DNA of 64,000 nt, from positions 158,968,001-159,032,000 of the forward strand of contig OX597814.1 in the NCBI GenBank assembly GCA_951406725.2, in the 5' to 3' direction. Source of the DNA: Octopus vulgaris (Eukaryota). The notes below the pieces were generated by a model. The model saw nothing but the letters and a program-made list of their open reading frames with translations. It did not search any database and was not told the origin of the DNA. Shown one piece after another: positions 1 to 64,000 of the stretch; position 1 is the first letter of the stretch, and the number at the start of each line of letters is the position of its first letter. A program made the translations under genes and the position numbers.

Positions 1-416
1 ATTAATACTGTTTTAGACAAATTGCATTTAGATCAATCATATTTTAGATAAAATGTTTTCGACAAACTCGCCGGATACAATAGGAAATCATTACTAGCGA
101 ATTTGGGATCCAAGTACATAGCAGTGTCAGGCTGTTAAGAGAAACATGCCTGGCATGTAGGGAAAACTACAGCTAAGCCTTTTTGATCTTGACAAGTGTG
201 AGTATGTATCTTTAAAATTAAATTGCAGTCTTTACAAATGCTTACTTTGATAGGGAAATGTTACAAACTAATTTGAATTTATACTAAAAATACTACAAAA
301 ATCAGATAGTTTCGTTCTTTGAAAAAAGTGTTATCTACGCAATTATATATTTTTAGCGATTTCTTTGCCGAAGCGAAACACTGGAAGCCATTGAAATGAT
401 TTTAAATGAAACTCAC

Positions 417-62643
<62,227 letters not shown>

Positions 62644-64000
62644 CTGTGAAATTAATGAAATATGTAATTAAATATTTGGAAAGATAATTTAAAGCAGAAT
62701 GCATAGCTATGTGGCGTTTACATAGGGAATTATATTAGCTAACTACGTCTTCTAGATCTCAGAATTTATCAAACGCAATCATATTCTCAGAGATATATAA
62801 ATGTATGAATGTTCATATATATATATATACGTACCTATATACACACGTATCCATATACAAAAAGACACACACAAACATATATATATATGCCGATCTCTGA
62901 CTTATGTGTGCATACTTCCTTAGATCTTTACATTTCGATAATATATACATCTCAGCAAAATATACAAATAGAATGTAAAGCTGAAACACTTTTTTATTTC
63001 CTTTTGCAGTGTATTTTTACTTTCTTGCTATTTTCTGTCTTTACACATCTTTCTCCTCATCACATGCTTTGACCATATGAAATTGCGATTTCATACATAC
63101 CAAAGAACATTTCAGCTATATATAAACGCTATCTCCTCGGACATTTCTGCATGGAATCTATATTTCAAATTATGTTTATTTACGTAACAAATTCGACAAA
63201 TGCGTAATTTTAAGTAACTATGTAATTACAAAAATATATATAATTCTGTGTATAAATCAGGATATGAAATAGAAAATTCTCATTTATTTCGAGTTAGAAA
63301 TTGCCGCTTGTCAAATACTTAGTATATAGGCAAGCATGTATTTGTGTCTGTTTGTGTGTTTAATGTCGTACATATTAGTTACTTTTTTCTTTTGCATCTA
63401 CTAATGTGTGTAACTAGCACTTTGCTATACATCCTGAAAAGAACACATGTGTTGAACGGAAGCAATATGTCACACTTTCAATTCTAAAAGAATACCTTTT
63501 CCTTACATTAAAATCAAATTGATTCTTCACATACTTTACAGGTGTCTAATCTATTCTCGAAAATTTGTTGCATTTCCATTCGCTCACTGTTCTCAAATAC
63601 ATTCGGCGATTTTGAAATTCAAACGTTTCAACGACAATGAAGGAAAAGTATAACCTCGACTGTTACAATGAAGCAAGGAAACATTTGACACCAACAACTG
63701 CTAAGTAGCATGTTTGAAATTCACAAAGCAAACACAAGTGTGGAGAAAGCGCAATACAATGTGGAAAAAACGCGGTTATATTTCTGAGTGTTCTGCATTT
63801 TCAGGAATCATACAGCATTATCGTCCGTGGTCTTTTTTTTTAGGACCAGAATGATGATCCATCATCTTTCTGCAAAACCTGTATTTTTCTTAGATATCTT
63901 TGGTTCTACACAGGAGTGTCATTCAAATATTAAAATAAAGATATACTTTATATGTTTAGAATAAGATAAAGTCGTATAACTAAAGATTGTTAGTAATAAA

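Overview
AT-rich, microsatellite-dense animal genomic DNA (the repeat landscape looks cephalopod/mollusc-like; that is inference). Almost all ORFs in the supplied track are noise. The real content is one minus-strand gene segment spanning the whole window: a tandem array of 94 microexons, each exactly 30 nt, all phase 1-1, 93 with canonical AG/GT splice sites. They are arranged as 16 units of about 2.5-5.3 kb holding six exon types (transcribed F-E-D-C-B-A; unit 4 lacks E and F). Spliced together they encode about 940 aa of a 60-aa acidic repeat (consensus EVVTEKVTRT-ETRSEVESTV-DVVQQDERPK-EQPSEAEATV-EIIRETETRI-EKPSEVESTV), itself made of three 20-aa subrepeats. No unique exon, start or stop codon is in the window, so the host gene cannot be named. 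Introns contain a decayed mariner transposon, several MITE/foldback elements, microsatellite-embedded insertions with hammerhead-ribozyme-like folds, and conserved YGCY clusters that may regulate splicing. All coordinates and translations were read by hand.
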